Made by a program: the position numbers and the translations under genes. A stretch of DNA of 64,000 bases, taken from NCBI GenBank assembly GCA_951406725.2, contig OX597817.1, positions 97,464,001 to 97,528,000 of the forward strand. Direction: 5' to 3'. This document shows positions 24,284-37,045 of the stretch, piece by piece. This DNA is from Octopus vulgaris (Eukaryota). Position 1 is the first letter of the stretch. Every line of letters begins with the position of its first letter. The notes beneath the pieces were generated by a model. The model saw nothing but the letters and a program-made list of their open reading frames with translations. It was not told the DNA's origin and ran no database searches.

Positions 24284-25368
24284 CCCTTTCGTTACCAAAC
24301 CGCCCAAAGCCACCCGAAAAAAATTTTGGTTAATGTGACCAAACCGCCCAAACCCGCCCGTATTTACCTATTCATATTTAAATGAGAATATCAGAGCAAA
24401 TCTCTTTAGCACATTCATGAAAACACTGATTATAGTTCGTAAACAGTTCATCTACAGTTTTGTACAACAATCGAAGTGTAATTTTAATTCCGTGAATTTT
24501 GGGAGATTTTTTTCCAAAATTTGTTCCTATTGTGTTTTCAAAATTTGTAATTCTGACAAAAAATGGATACGAATTTCATTATATCAAGCAGCGAGTCAGA
24601 ATTCGAAGGATTTTCTACTGAAAACCTTGATAAATCTAACTCTATGACTGAAAAAAAAAGCACGTGGTATTTGATAATGAATCTGATGTTTCATTTTCCG
24701 AAAGTGAAAACAGTGAATCCGAGAGCTCCGACAGCGATAAAGAAAATGAATTGGCACCTGAATGGAGTGAAAATTTAAAAACTGTTTCTTTCGGTGATTT
24801 TTCTGAAGAAACTGGACCAAGCCACAGACTTTCCCAGGAGAGTAAAGCCTTAGACTATTTCTTTTTACTTTTTCGAATGAGCCTATTTGAAATCATTACG
24901 GCGGAAATGAACCGTTACGCTAAATGTAAACAAAGCGAAAGAAAGGATAGTTAGTGGTTTCCCACAACCTTAAATGAAATTAAGACTATTTTGCCATAAA
25001 TATTATTATGGGTATCAGAAAGTTACCCAGAATAACAAATTCTATCGTAAAATTTTGTTGTATACCCAATTGAATATTAGCTAATAACCCATTTTCTATA
25101 GCGATGTTTGAACAAAATTTTAATAATTTTATATTTTGTTGAATTTACCTGTATCTACCTGCAATTAGAGTCACTTTGTGACAAAAATTATAGTATAGAA
25201 TTGGTTGAGAATATTTCATTAAATTATCTTCCAAAAATCAGATTAATATATTGATAAATAAAAAAGTTATAGTTGTTTAATGAAACCAGACTAAATTTAT
25301 GATTATGTTAGAAATTAATTGAAACACATAAGGGGTGTATTTTGGTCAGAAATATAGTAATGAAAGGG
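24284..25368 (+). mobile_element. Internally deleted piggyBac element
   Basis: TTAA TSDs at 24280 and 25369; TIRs CCCTTTCGTTAC / CCCTTTCATTAC; acidic N-terminus and PGBD-like LDYFFLLF...TAEMNRYA...IIMGIRKLP; removing it restores the PLE frame WEPVL|RKDIRKLDL*. Confidence 0.93.
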
Positions 25369-25579
25369 TTAAGGAAGGATATAAGAAAATTAGATTTATA
25401 AGCCCTAAAATCTCCATAATTGCCAATGTGCATATAACGTATTGGTTAAGAGCACGGGCAACTAATCCCAAGATTCTGAGTTCGATTCCAGGCAGTGACC
25501 TGAATAATAATAATAATAACAACAACAACAACATCAAAAATACCTTAGGAATGAGAACCCAGGTTCAAAATTTTACCAA

Positions 25580-25622
25580 GACACCTGATGAAGGCTGGAG
25601 GGTATATCAGCCGAAACGTGTT
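25580..25622 (+). ncRNA. Type I minimal hammerhead ribozyme of the PLE pseudo-LTR, probably inactive (cleavage triplet missing)
   Basis: GACAC-CTGATGA-A-GGCTG(loop)CAGCC-GAAAC-GTGTT; stem I GACAC/GTGTT; no GUH between GAAAC and stem I. Confidence 0.75.
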
Positions 25623-26678
25623 AACAACAAACAAAATTAGGCCAAATATTCGTCAATTGTAAATAATGTACATAATTCCTCATCTTTTAAATACAGAACT
25701 GTATTATCTAATCGGTACGGAGCTGACATTAGACATCAATGGAGATATATAGAGAGACTCCATCAAAAACTAGCTCGTCTTTCAAACTATTTCCTGTGAA
25801 GATGTAGAGACTCAAAGCTAATACCACCTGGCTTGAATATAATGACACCAGTGGATTCATATAAAGCTAGAAGAGTAGCAGAAAGGGCAGGACATGCCCT
25901 TGTCCATGAGAGGATCCATTACAACCATTAGAAAAAACATCAATTAAATAACAAAATCAAAGAGAGGTTATCTTCATTACTTGAGAAAATAACCAAAGAT
26001 GATGATAGAAAGAGAATCCAACAAGATCTGGAAAAGTCATACATGAAAGAATTTGAAATGGTGAAGACATACCAGATAAAGAAGTTTATGAAACTCAAAG
26101 GTCAGAGAATGAAGGCTGAAGTCCATCACCCACCTGTGAAAGTAGTAATTAATGTAAGTAGCCGACAATTAGAAAGCTCTGAAGAAGCTTTAATAATAAT
26201 GCTGAATACTATAATGATACCCTTAAAAAGGCTGGATACTGGAATAGAATAGTATATTGTTAACAACAAACAAGATGAGGACAAATATCCATCAATTGTA
26301 AATAATGTAAATAATGTAACGTAATTCCTCATCTCTTAAATACTAGCAGAGATACCCAGCCTTGCTCGGGATTAAAATGGCTTAGATTTTTATTGTTTTA
26401 CTTGTTTCAGTCATGTGACTGCAGCCATGCTGGAGCACCGCCATTAGTCAAAGAAATCAACCACAGGATTTATTCTTTGTAAGCCTAGTACTCATTCAGT
26501 CAGTGTTTTTTTTTTTACCAAACAGCTAAATTACAAGAATGTAAACACAGCAACATCAGTTGTCAAGCAATGGTGGGGCTACAAACACAAGACATGCACA
26601 CACATACACATATATACGACAGTCTTCTTTCAGTTTGCGAGGACAAAATCCACTCACAAGGTTTTGGTCGCCCTGAGG

Positions 26679-26732
<54 letters not shown>

Positions 26733-26736
<4 letters not shown>

Positions 26737-27616
26737 GCTGACATACCCAGTAATTCCTGGGAAAGCAGGCTTATCCCTTGGTTCTGTTCTAATAACTGTT
26801 TCACTAATCCAGTAAATACAATACAAAGTATGTAACCCTTAAAATGGTTTTTGTGCATTTATTGAGAATACCGAACTGTCTTACAAAGGATCTTGTTTTT
26901 AAGAATTCCCAATAAGCTATGAATACCCAAATTGCGAAGTCAGTTATGTAATAACATGAAATTAATTACCCTGTAGTAAGAATTCAATTAAAGTAGCCCC
27001 GAAAAGGGCTTTAATACATTCCCAGAGTAAATAGATTTTAGGAGGAAATACTAATAAGGTATGTATACTAAAATCCTGAAACATGTTACGTAATAACAGA
27101 CTCATCAGATATGAGATAATAACAATTCAAAGTAATTAACTGTGAAAAGAAGCTTTTGTGCATTCCCAGAGAATATTAACCTCAGCAGCGCTAGTGTTGA
27201 TATATTCGTGAATAAGTCACTAACTGAAATAAGTGGATCTATTGTTTAGGAGAATACTTTTTACTTGTTTAAGCATTGTATTGGATAAATTAAGAAAACT
27301 AAAATAATTTAAATACTAAGAAATAAGCAGACTGAAAATGAATGGGTTATTTCCCTTGGTGGTTATTTCCAGGAGGGAATGGGTTATTTGCCTTGGAAGC
27401 TTAAAAATCTTACCCCCACCGTTCACTCAAGCCCAAATGTTATTCCTCCCGTTGTTTACCCAAACATTTTTCCAAATCAATTTATACTTAAAACCTCCCC
27501 AGACACATAAGCAATGTGTGTGTGAAGTTTAAGAAAAACTGGTCAAGCTGTTTTGGCACAAAACGAGGACATACTGATACACAAACACACACATTTTCAG
27601 TTTTAATATGTAAGAT
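26733..27616 (-). mobile_element. Probable non-autonomous Helitron
   Basis: Minus-strand 5' TC-TTACATATTAAAACTG near 27615; 3' hairpin CCCAG/CTGGG near 26746-26761 followed by a degenerate CTAG-like end. Confidence 0.5.
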
Positions 27617-27619
27617 AGA

Positions 27620-27830
27620 ACTGAATAGTTTTTCTCATCAAGAGAGTCAATTCCATTTCAACTATTGCTGTCCTTTCCATTGTTTTTCATAACAAGAAGG
27701 CACACCATCTTAATAAATTCGGTGGTTTTATGGATAAGTGATTCCATATATGCGTTCTGTAAATAAATTTACTGAGGTAATCCCATTTTGCAACCATAGG
27801 TTTTAATCTACCTTTTTGAAAGTGTATAGA
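27620..27830 (-). mobile_element. PLE (Naiad-like) ORF N-terminal remnant
   Basis: YMESLIHKTTEFIK-RWCAF across a frameshift, resembling the KxExFIKRMRWKAFF motif. Confidence 0.55.
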
Positions 27831-28068
27831 AATAAAAGTAGATGTAATAAAATTGTTTAGTTTTTACGGGGTTTTGGAACCAGTGAGTTTAAATTTCTTT
27901 TAGCAACAGCCACCTGCATGTTTTAGCAATAAAATAATTGGGTTTTTTGTTTTTGTTTTTGTGCTAAAAATATGGCCTGGTCCACTGATGGGTCTATCTT
28001 TAAAATTAGCCATGCCGCGTTGTATGACCCTTTTGGTTTTGCTCTGTGTATGTTTCCTGTTTCTTGTT

Positions 28069-28150
28069 CATCCTGATGAGGGGGTCATTGCAGTGATGCA
28101 CTTTAGTGTAATTGAACCGCGGTGGTGAGCTCCCAAAATGGCCATTGATG
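28069..28150 (+). ncRNA. Type I hammerhead ribozyme with a core G12A substitution
   Basis: CATC-CTGATGA-GGGGGTCA...TGAGCTCCC-AAAA-TGGCCA-T-T-GATG: stem I CATC/GATG, long stem II, palindromic stem III. Confidence 0.7.
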
Positions 28151-28688
28151 TATTTGTATTGACCTTGTGGAAGTCTGTTTGCTATGAACTCTAACCTACT
28201 ACCATGGTTTTAAAAATTGAACTTTGGACGTACTTTGTATGAGGGGAGTAAAAAGACTTTAAAATTTATTAATCGTTTCACAAAACATTTTTAGTCAGTT
28301 GATATTTTATTTTATCCTAGTTTATTAATTTTTTGGTAGTATGGTACATTTTAGAATTTTTATGAATTTTTAGCCTTTATATTTACATTTTGATAGGCCG
28401 TTCTATTTGGATTTTATTCGTATATATATTTTTACCTTTTGTATTTTTATGTATATGTATATTTTTTTTATATATTTAAGAACTATGGTGATATTTACAT
28501 GATTAAATGTTTGAGGTATGGTGTTATATATAAAGTTGAATTTAATGTTTGTTCTGTGGCTAATGTTTCTTTATCTTGTCTCATTTACATTTGAACACTT
28601 CTTTTTGGAGTCCTATATACCTTGTTTCCATAAAAAGAGACAAATATTATTTCTTGTGTGTGTGTGTATATATATATACACACACACA

Positions 28689-28970
28689 CATGCCACCGGC
28701 ACTGGTAACACATCTGCAATTTCCATTGATCGATTTCCATTCTGATCCTCACTTGCCTCAACGGGTCTTCATAAGTAGAGTTTCGACATGCCACCGGCAC
28801 TGGTAACACATCTACAATTTCCATTGATCGTTAGGAAGGGCATTGGCGTTAGGAAGGGCATCCAGCTGTAGAAACACTGCCACATCTGACTGGCCTGGTG
28901 CAGCCTTCGGGCTTCCCAGACCCCAGTTGAACCATCCAACCCATGCTAGCATGGAAAGCGGACGTTAAAC

Positions 28971-29001
<31 letters not shown>
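28689..29001 (+). mobile_element. RTE 3' end with an inverted 5' segment and (GAT)n tail
   Basis: 28689-28830 has the orientation of the minus-strand copy at 29822-29980; 28831-29001 is a plus-strand 3' terminus. Confidence 0.75.
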
Positions 29002-29048
<47 letters not shown>

Positions 29049-29417
29049 CATATATGCATACATACAGATATATACATATACACACACATATACATGTACA
29101 CACATACATACGTACATATACATACATACAAATATATACACATATATAAAAACACATACATACATGTATATATACCTACATACATATATATATAAACTCA
29201 CGTCCAGATATATATATATATACAAATCCATTTACGCACAAATACAAATAGCCATATGATTACATATGTTTACATAGTGATACAATATATGCATATATAT
29301 ATACATTCACATACATATACCTGCATTAACAATAAATGATATACACACATATACATACATATGAATATAGACACTTCCATAGACATACGTGTTCACATAC
29401 ATATAGATGCACATACC

Positions 29418-29469
<52 letters not shown>

Positions 29470-29493
29470 AATATACACACATGCATATACATA

Positions 29494-29980
29494 CATCATC
29501 ATCATCGTCGTTTAGCGTCCGTTTTCCATGCTAGCATGGGTTGGACGGTTCTACTGGGGTCTGTGAAGCCAGAAGGCTTCATCAGGCCCAGTCAAATCTG
29601 GCAGTGTTTCTACAGCTGGATGCCCTTCCTAACGCCAACCACTCCGTGAGTGTAGTGGGTGCTTTTTACGTGCCACCCGCACAGGTGCCAGACAGAGCTG
29701 GCAAACGGCCACGAACGGATGGTGCTTTTTATGTGCCACCGGCACAAGGGCCAGGCGAGGCTGGCAACGGACACGAAACGGGGCGGTGCTGGCAACGGTC
29801 GCGAAACGGAAGGTTCTCTTACATGCCACCGGCACTGGTAACACATCTGCAATTTCCATTGATCGATTTCCATTCTGATCCTCACTTGCCTCAACGGGTC
29901 TTCATAAGTAGAGTTTCGACATGCCACCGGCACTGGTAACACATCTGCAATTTCCATTGATCGATTTCGATTCTGATCCT
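29494..29980 (-). mobile_element. RTE 3' UTR fragment with internal ~99-bp duplication
   Basis: (CAT)n tail, conserved RTE terminus, duplicated CATGCCACCGGCACTGG... unit. Confidence 0.8.
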
Positions 29981-30229
29981 CATATATACACATATCCATA
30001 TATATACACACACACACATATATCCATATATACACACTCAAACACATACATATCATAACGACATATCGATGGCATCAGATAAATACAAAACAACATATGC
30101 CCATGTATACAAGCTCTTCATTGTCAATCAGTTTTCCATTATTATATATACACATATATATATACACTTATAAAAGTATACACACTAGTAAAGATATACA
30201 CAAATAAAATTTTCTAAACACATATTAAG

Positions 30230-31920
30230 AATAGTGTGTACAAGATAGAACACTCTCATGTCTTTCATTAAACAATTTCTTCTTAGATGTTAATATCTGA
30301 TATAATTCATCTATACACAAGTTGCATCTAGTATCATTAATTTATATGAGCTAGCATGACTAAGTATCTTCTAATTTCTTACTATCCTTCAATTCCCAAA
30401 TTAGTTTACTTAGACTAGTACTGTTAAACCTATCTCTATTCCTAAAGGTGTATTCATGGTTTGCTATCCGTTTTAATACAATTTTCCATAGACCCTTCGT
30501 AAAAATAATTTCTTCATTCTGAATTCACTCTACATCTATATACAATATTGCTCTGTAAACAAAAATTATTAAATAAACATTTATCCTTATATCTACAATC
30601 ACAGTTTCTAGCTAGATCATTATCTGTAATATTATTACAATTTTTTCTTTTCTTTTATTATAAAAGTTGTCCAAACTTTTATTACTAAAGGAGGAGATAA
30701 TTCTACACAAATTTTTAGACACTGAAAAACCTATTCTGATCCTTTTATTATTAATTATTTTATATTTATGTTCTTTATTAAAGTGCATGGATATAGATCT
30801 GTAAAATAGCTTGACCAGATTCGTTTTTATTTGTCATGCGTAAAGAATTGTAAACTAAATATAATTATCTTCTTAATATCATTGGGTGCATTTGGGTTGG
30901 CATGTGACATATATTTATTATCATTAGACCTAAGTTTATTCAAATATTTATTTTTATTCAGGGTATATTTACTACTCTTGTTCTTATTAATATTAATACT
31001 ACTGTTAATCATATCATTACTATTTACAAATAAATTGGATACTTTGCCACTATTATATTCACCCACTTCATTGTCAATCAGTTTTCCATTATTATGATAA
31101 GATTTGTTGTAGTTCCCATTCTTATTACAATATACTATTCTATTCCAGTATCCTGCCTTTTTAAGAGAATCATTATAGTATTCAGCATTATTATTAAAGA
31201 TTTCCTCTTAGAGGATAAATAGGAAATCATGTCTCGAGATGTTATTAACCAGAGTTCTTGTGAAAGCCTTAGGATGATTACTGTGAAAGTTGATGCATTT
31301 TAAACTACTGTTGGGTTTATGGAATGGACTGTATAGGCCAGTAACAAGGTTCAGATTTACATCCAGGTAATTAACTGAATCATGTTCATTTTCTATAGAG
31401 ATAGATAGCCAAATGTTTTAAAGAAATTATGGAACTTTTTCATATATAGGTTTGTTTTTCTATTGGATTTACAATTGATCAAAAATAGTGCATCATCTCC
31501 AAAGAGACTACCTTTAATTTCTGGGAATTCATTATGGAAATGATATAGTATGCAAATACCTATTAAGTCTGTAACTTGGACAGAATCAGCTGAGCCCATG
31601 GTTATGTCAAAATAATCAGTACTGTTTTTTCTGGCCCAGTACTTGTTATCAAATAGAATGATAGACTTCCTAGCATCCAAAATAACTTTAATTTCTCTTA
31701 AACTTAGGTTAGAATTTTCCTAGCAAAAATAAGTGCACTATTTAGTACAATGGGATTAATTGAAGAATAATAATTATTAATGTCTAACTGAATGACTCTA
31801 CTTCTACCTTTATTATCTAATTACTCAAACCAATTATTATCTAATTATTATCTAATTACTCAAACCAATTAATAGCTTCCTGGTTATTGGACCAGAAATA
31901 TAATTTTAATGTTTCCTTAA
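30230..31920 (-). mobile_element. PLE (Naiad-like) RT plus C-terminal GIY-YIG, decayed
   Basis: FDITMGSADSVQVTDLIG, SLFGDDAL, VNYLDVNLNL, Asn-rich linker, CDCRYKDKC...NIVYRC, CNLCIDE. Confidence 0.85.
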
Positions 31921-32473
31921 GGAAGTTCTTACCTGGGTAAATGAAGTAAAATTATTCTAGGCAAGTATATTCCCAAACATTAAAATTAGATCTGTGGTCC
32001 AATACCCAGGAAGTCATTAATTGGTTATTGTACATGTATATCAGAAAATGTATATAAGTCGAAACAATTTGTTGGCCTTTTATGCTTTTTTAGTAATTGT
32101 CTATGTTATGTTATGTTATATTATATTCATAGTATATCATGTAATATTATAATATAAATAAATTATTGGATTGTCAATAGTATCTCTCTACTTAATTTAT
32201 CTTTTTAATTGCTTTATACCAATATTTATAGGGTATTCAACTGATGTATCAATCAATTGGATGTTTAACACACCCCTTTGAAGGATCTCTTTTCCTCACT
32301 TTCTTACTAAATATACACACACACACACACATATATATGAAGAGACAGAGAGTAGAATGGTATATACAATAGAGTAGTGTATATATGTATATACCTTGTC
32401 TGTAACAACATAAAGGGTACAAAACAATTAAAAACCAACCAAAATAAGATTTATGAAAAAAAAAATCACTCAC

Positions 32474-32604
32474 ATCTGGTGTCACTTGGGTTTCATCTGC
32501 CAGAGACAACATATGATCTACAGCAACAGCTGATGTTATTAAGTTTGTGATGTCAGTACATATTGACTTCAGCATGTGTTTTATCAACACAGTCTGGACA
32601 GTTT
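32474..32604 (-). CDS. UFL1: UFL1 exon (ETVQTVLIKHMLKSICTDITNLITSAVAVDHMLSLADETQVTPD)
   Basis: ttgcAG/GTgagt; 131 nt, phase 1 to 0; KHMLKSICTDITNLI is nearly identical to KHLLKSVCTDITNLI. Confidence 0.96.
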
Positions 32605-32989
32605 CTGCAAATTAGAAAAGCACATGAATAGAATGATTTCATTTTTATTCTTCTGATGATAAACTATTGTATCACTTTGAATTATTAGGAGGGTGGATAT
32701 TTTTAAAGCATTCTTCTTGATTTAGTGATTACTAAAAAGGTTCATGACAAGTTTCTAAAAACTTGAAAGATGGAGAATAGGAGTGTCAGGTTGATAAGAT
32801 GTAAGGAAGTGCTTAGCAGTGGTTTAATAGCATTAAAAGATGACTGAAGCAACCCTCTTGAGGTACTGCTGTAAGAAATCCATGCTTCCACATCAGTCTT
32901 CTTCAAAACAACAATATTGACCACATACTAAAAACCAATTTTTATAACAGACCCATATGTGTCAGAGTTCAAACAGACCCAGTACTCAA

Positions 32990-33200
32990 TCATCATCATC
33001 ATTTAACATCCGTGTTCCATGCTAGCATGGGTTGGATGGTTTTACATGGATCCATTGAGTCAAGGCTGCATCATGCTCCACTGTCTGCTCTGGCATAGTT
33101 TCTATGGCTTCATACCTTTCCTAACATCAACTACTTTACAGTGGGTACTGGGTTCTATTTCTTATGCCAGTGGTACTACTGAGGTTGCCATGTAGCTCAC
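32990..33200 (-). mobile_element. Older RTE 3'-end fragment
   Basis: (CAT)n + TTTAACATCCGTGTTCCATGCTAGCATGGGTTGG terminus. Confidence 0.7.
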
Positions 33201-33489
33201 AAGTCAACAAACACAGAAAGGGAGGATGCTGCCTTCATACCTTAGATAGGAGTTAAGGTATGAAGGAGGAGGTTGTGATGATTCTAAAATAGAACACATA
33301 AAAACCTGACAGTGTATCTTTCTCTACCCCTTTGAAGAGATTTTGCCTAATATAATGATTTTTATAATTCCTATTTAATCTTTTTAGGCTTAATTGAAAC
33401 AGCTGTGAAGAACTATGTTTGATTTTTGTAGATAATAAATTTTTATTAAATGCTATATAACCATTTTCTAATTTTCTTTTATATATCAT

Positions 33490-36220
33490 AATCATGATCA
33501 TCATCATTTAATGTCTGTTTTCCATGCTGGCATGTATTGGACAGTTTGACTGAGGTCTAGAGAGTCAGCAGCTGCACCAGGCTCCAATCTGATCTGGCAA
33601 TGTTTCTACAGCTGGATACCCTTCCTAACACCATCCACTCCGAGAGTGAAGTGGGTGCTTTTTACATGTTACTTGCACAGGAGCCAGTCAGGTAGGCCTA
33701 GCATCGTACACATTTGGATAGTGCCTTTTACGTGCCACTGGCACGGGAGACAGTCAGGGGCACTGGCATCAGCCATGTTCAGATGGTGTCTATTACATGC
33801 CAAGGGCATGGGAGCCAGTCAGAAGGCCCTGGCATCGATCATGTTCGAGTAGTGCTTTTTATGTGTCACCAGCACAGGAGCCAGTCAGGGTTCACTGGCA
33901 TCAGTCATATTTGGATGGTGCTTTTTATGTGCCACTGGTACAGGAGCCAGTCAGGGAACACTGGCATGGGCCACGTTTGGATGATGCATTTTATGTGCCA
34001 CCGGAACAGGAGCCAGTCAGGAGGCACTGACCACAGCTACGATTTTGGTTTTACTTGACTCAACAGGTCTTCTTAAGCATATCATGTTGCCTGACACAAG
34101 GGTACTTTTAAATGGGCCGGACATGCAACACTGGCATCGACCATGGCTACAATCTCACTTTAGTTGCCAGGTCTTACACAGCATATCTCCAAAAATCTTG
34201 GTCTCCTGTCATTGCCTCTGTGAGACCCAATGTTTTAAGGTCATGCTTCACCACCTAACCCCATGTCTTCCTGGGTTTACTTCTTCCACAGTAAGGGTGT
34301 GGTACTTCCTCACACAGCTCTCCTCATCCATACATAACATATGACCATACCAGTGCAGTCGTTTCCCTTGCACCACACATTTGAGGCTTCTTATGTCCAA
34401 CATTTCTCTCAGGGCACACACACTGTCGTGTATGAACAGTGACATTATACATCCAGCAGATCATACTAGCTTCATTTCTTTCAAGCCTACACATGTCCTC
34501 AGCAGTCACGGCCTATATTTCACTGCCGTGTAGCATGGTAGTTCACACACATGCATCATACAGTCTACCTTTCATCCTGAGCAAGAGGCCCTTAGTTGCC
34601 AGCAGAGGTAGGAGCTCCCTGAACTTTGCCCAGGCTATTCCTATTCTAACCGCTACACTCTCAGAGCAACCACCCTCACTATAGACTTGGTCGCTTAGGT
34701 AGTGGAAGCTATCAACTACTTCTAGTTTTTCCCTCTGGCATGTGATGGAACCTGTTGTCTGTACAACTTCAGTGTTTATTGCCCCTGTACATCTGCCACA
34801 CACAAAAATTATCTTCCTGGTTAACCTTCCTTTGATATTGCTGCCCCTTTTATGTGTCCATAGCTTACACTGGGTACATTGTATGGAGTTTCTACCCATG
34901 CCTTTTCTACAGATTGAGCAGGACCATCTACTTGAAGGGGTTTCTGATTTGTCAGCCTTCCTACTTACTAAGGCTTTGGTTTTTGCTAGGTTAACTGTAA
35001 GGCCTTTCAATTCTAGACCTTACTTCCAAACCCTAAACTTTGTCTCCAGTTCTGGCAGTGAGCAAGGTCATCAGCATACAGGAGTTCCCAGGAGCAGCCT
35101 GTCTTGTATTCCTGTTATTGCCTGGAAGACTATGATGGATAAGAGGGTGCTGAGGACTGATCCTTGGTGAACCCCTACTGCTACCTGAAATTCTTCACTA
35201 TACTCGTTGCTAAACCTCACCCTACTGACAGCATCTCTGTACAGGGATTGTACAGCACTTACCAATCACTCGTCTATCCCTAGTTTCCACATTGACCACC
35301 AGACAAGGGATCAGGGAACCCTGTCAAAGGCTTTCACCAAGTCAACAAAGGCCAAAGGTTTATCTTTGGCTATGTATTTCTCCTGCAGCTGCCTTACCAG
35401 AAATATAGCAACAGTGGTGCTTCTCCCTGGCACAAAAAACCAAACTGCATCTCATTTAAGCTAACTCTCTCTGTAACTTGCATCACCTGATCTAGCAATT
35501 TGATACCTCTGAAATTATTCGTATCTAAGGTGTCACCTTTACCTCTGTAGCAGTTGACTATGGTGCTGCTAAGCCAGAGATTGAGTATGACTCCTTCATG
35601 AACTACCTGATTTACGATGCAGGGGACAAGACCATAACCCACACCACCCAATATCTTAAGCATCTCAGTAGTGATTCCTGATGGGCCAGGTGCTTTCCCT
35701 GTCTTCATATCCTTAATTGCTTTATCTACCACAGTACTGTCAATTCGGGTAGCTGGTCCATCAATTGGGTCAACCTTTGGCAGACTCTCCTCTTCCTATT
35801 CATTCTCCACATTCAGCAGTCTTTCATAATGGCATTTCCAAGCCTCTTTCTTTGCAGAATCATTAAACACAAGGGCACTATCATCCATGCAGACACATTT
35901 CTCGCATATGACATCATAGTTTTCTCTCACATATTGTCTTGCAAAACACAAAATACTTCAGTACTTTGGTCCTCACATTGCTGAACATTGGTAAAATTCT
36001 TTTCTCCTACTCCCTCGGTTATATATACCTGTCTCCTAGCTTCCCTTTTGACTATCTGATACAGTCCTCTGCTACCCCCACTCTAATGGCCCTGTCTACA
36101 GTATTGTTCACCCCACCATGTTACCCTAGGTCTGGAAGGGACTTTGCACGAGCCACAGATTTAGTCTGTGGTGCTCAGCAAGCTGCCTCGCAGAAATTCC
36201 TAGCTGCCGTTTATGTCACA
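33490..36220 (-). mobile_element. RTE-clade LINE, 5'-truncated, RT plus repeat-bearing 3' UTR
   Basis: GKAPGPSGIT, FRGIKLL, GVHQGSVLS, LLYADD, PHD-like Cys cluster; ~62-bp tandem units at 33650-34040; (GAT)n tail. Confidence 0.9.
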
Positions 36221-36649
36221 GGACTGTATATGTACATACATATGAATGAATGTATGTATACACTCACAAACATCTATATTATATATATACAGTTGCTGAC
36301 TGGCCAGGTTGTCAGCTGGCCCAATGGCAAATGGGCCTTTTAAGCCATTAGAGTTCATATACGGGGGCCCATGTGAGTATGTAAGAAGTCCATGAAATCA
36401 AAACTTTGCTTTCAAAGAAATTATCTGAAGTCTATGAGAAAGAATAAAAATTTAGAAAATAAAAACATAGTAAACAATTAAGCAAAGCAGTTGGTCAAAG
36501 ATTTCCCTAGGGAATTAATAGAAATCAAAATGTATCATACTGCAAACAGCTACTCAGTGGTGATAAAGTGTAACTAAATTTATATACATATCAATGCATA
36601 TATACATACATACACACACACATATATATATATATATGTATATCGTTGT

Positions 36650-37045
36650 GGAACTCTGTCAGTTACGATGACAAGGGTTCCAGTTGATCTGATCAATGGA
36701 ACAGCCTGCTCATGAAATTGATGTGCAAGTGGCTGAGTACTCCACAGATACATGTACCCTTAATGTAGTTCTTGGGAGATTCAGCATGACACACAGTGTG
36801 ACAAAGCTGGCCCTTCGAAATACAGGAACAACAGAAGCAGGAAGAAAGAGTGAGACAAAGTTGTGAAAGAGTACAGCAAGGTTTGCCACCACCCCTGACA
36901 GAGCATTGTGGAGCTTAAGGTGTTTTCGCTCACAACGCCTGGTCGGGGAATCAAAACCGTGATACCACACAACGCCTGGTCGGGGAATCGAAACCGCGAT
37001 ATCACGACTGAGTTCACTGCCCTAACCACTGGGCCATTGCACCTC
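36650..37045 (-). mobile_element. tRNA-headed SINE (second family)
   Basis: Minus-strand TGGCCCAGTGG A-box and GGTTTCGATTCC B-box; partial copy at 46550-46700. Confidence 0.8.

Larger units (their letters stand above)
23600..26345 (+). mobile_element. Penelope/Poseidon-type PLE partial tandem: RT thumb and GIY-YIG, pseudo-LTR, ORF 5' start, repeated pLTR tail
   Basis: YLNFNSHHPYSVKRG; NCVYSIPCSCGRLYKDET..LKIRVEEH; ORF N-terminus CRDSKLIPPGL...VVINVSSRQL at ~25800-26170; 25620-25700 repeated at 26258-26345. Confidence 0.88.

Noticed and set aside
30230-30620. Selenocysteine-encoding Naiad-type PLE
   Set aside because: The readable conserved Cys positions use TGT/TGC codons (also at ~16040); no SECIS recognised
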